Positions 8,639 to 8,723 of a stretch of DNA of 8,723 bases are shown piece after piece. Positions within the stretch are counted from its first letter, which is position 1, and every line of letters starts with the position of its first letter. The DNA comes from Octopus sinensis. Taxonomy: Eukaryota. The translations under genes and the position numbers were made by a program. The notes below the pieces were generated by a model. The model was not told the DNA's origin. It ran no database searches and worked only from the letters and a program-made list of their open reading frames with translations. The stretch is taken from the NCBI RefSeq assembly GCF_006345805.1, contig NW_021828299.1, positions 1 to 8,723 on the forward strand. The letters run 5' to 3'.

Positions 8639-8723
8639 ATTTGTTAATCAGTTCGTTATAGTTGCAGTCAGTTATTAAAAACTAAGATATGCCGCAAAAT
8701 ACGGTGAGCCGCATTGAATGCCA

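Overview
Eukaryotic, AT-rich, microsatellite-saturated non-coding DNA (intronic or intergenic). The SINE family, repeat density and RTE-type LINE remnants point to an octopod cephalopod (Octopus-like) genome; this is inferred from recalled repeat families, not from a search. No intact protein-coding gene can be supported, and most ORFs in the track are translated microsatellites. Recognisable content: a near-perfect 444-bp palindrome (1660-2103); two convergent copies of one tRNA-derived SINE (1257-1490 +, 5'-truncated; 2797-3189 -, with head); a decayed CORE-like SINE fragment (~5965-6125 -); a decayed 3' end of an RTE-type LINE (3446-3920 +); an internal RTE/BovB-like reverse transcriptase fragment (7622-8440 +); a 3'-terminal retroelement piece with two C2H2 zinc-finger motifs between (TATG)n tracts (6404-6674 +); a CpG-dense island with a (GGGCGRA)7 G-quadruplex/GC-box array (5221-5476); cryptic pentamer repeats; and many simple repeats. 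I see no convincing novel multi-gene system. The palindrome and the TATG-tailed retroelement cluster are the best leads.
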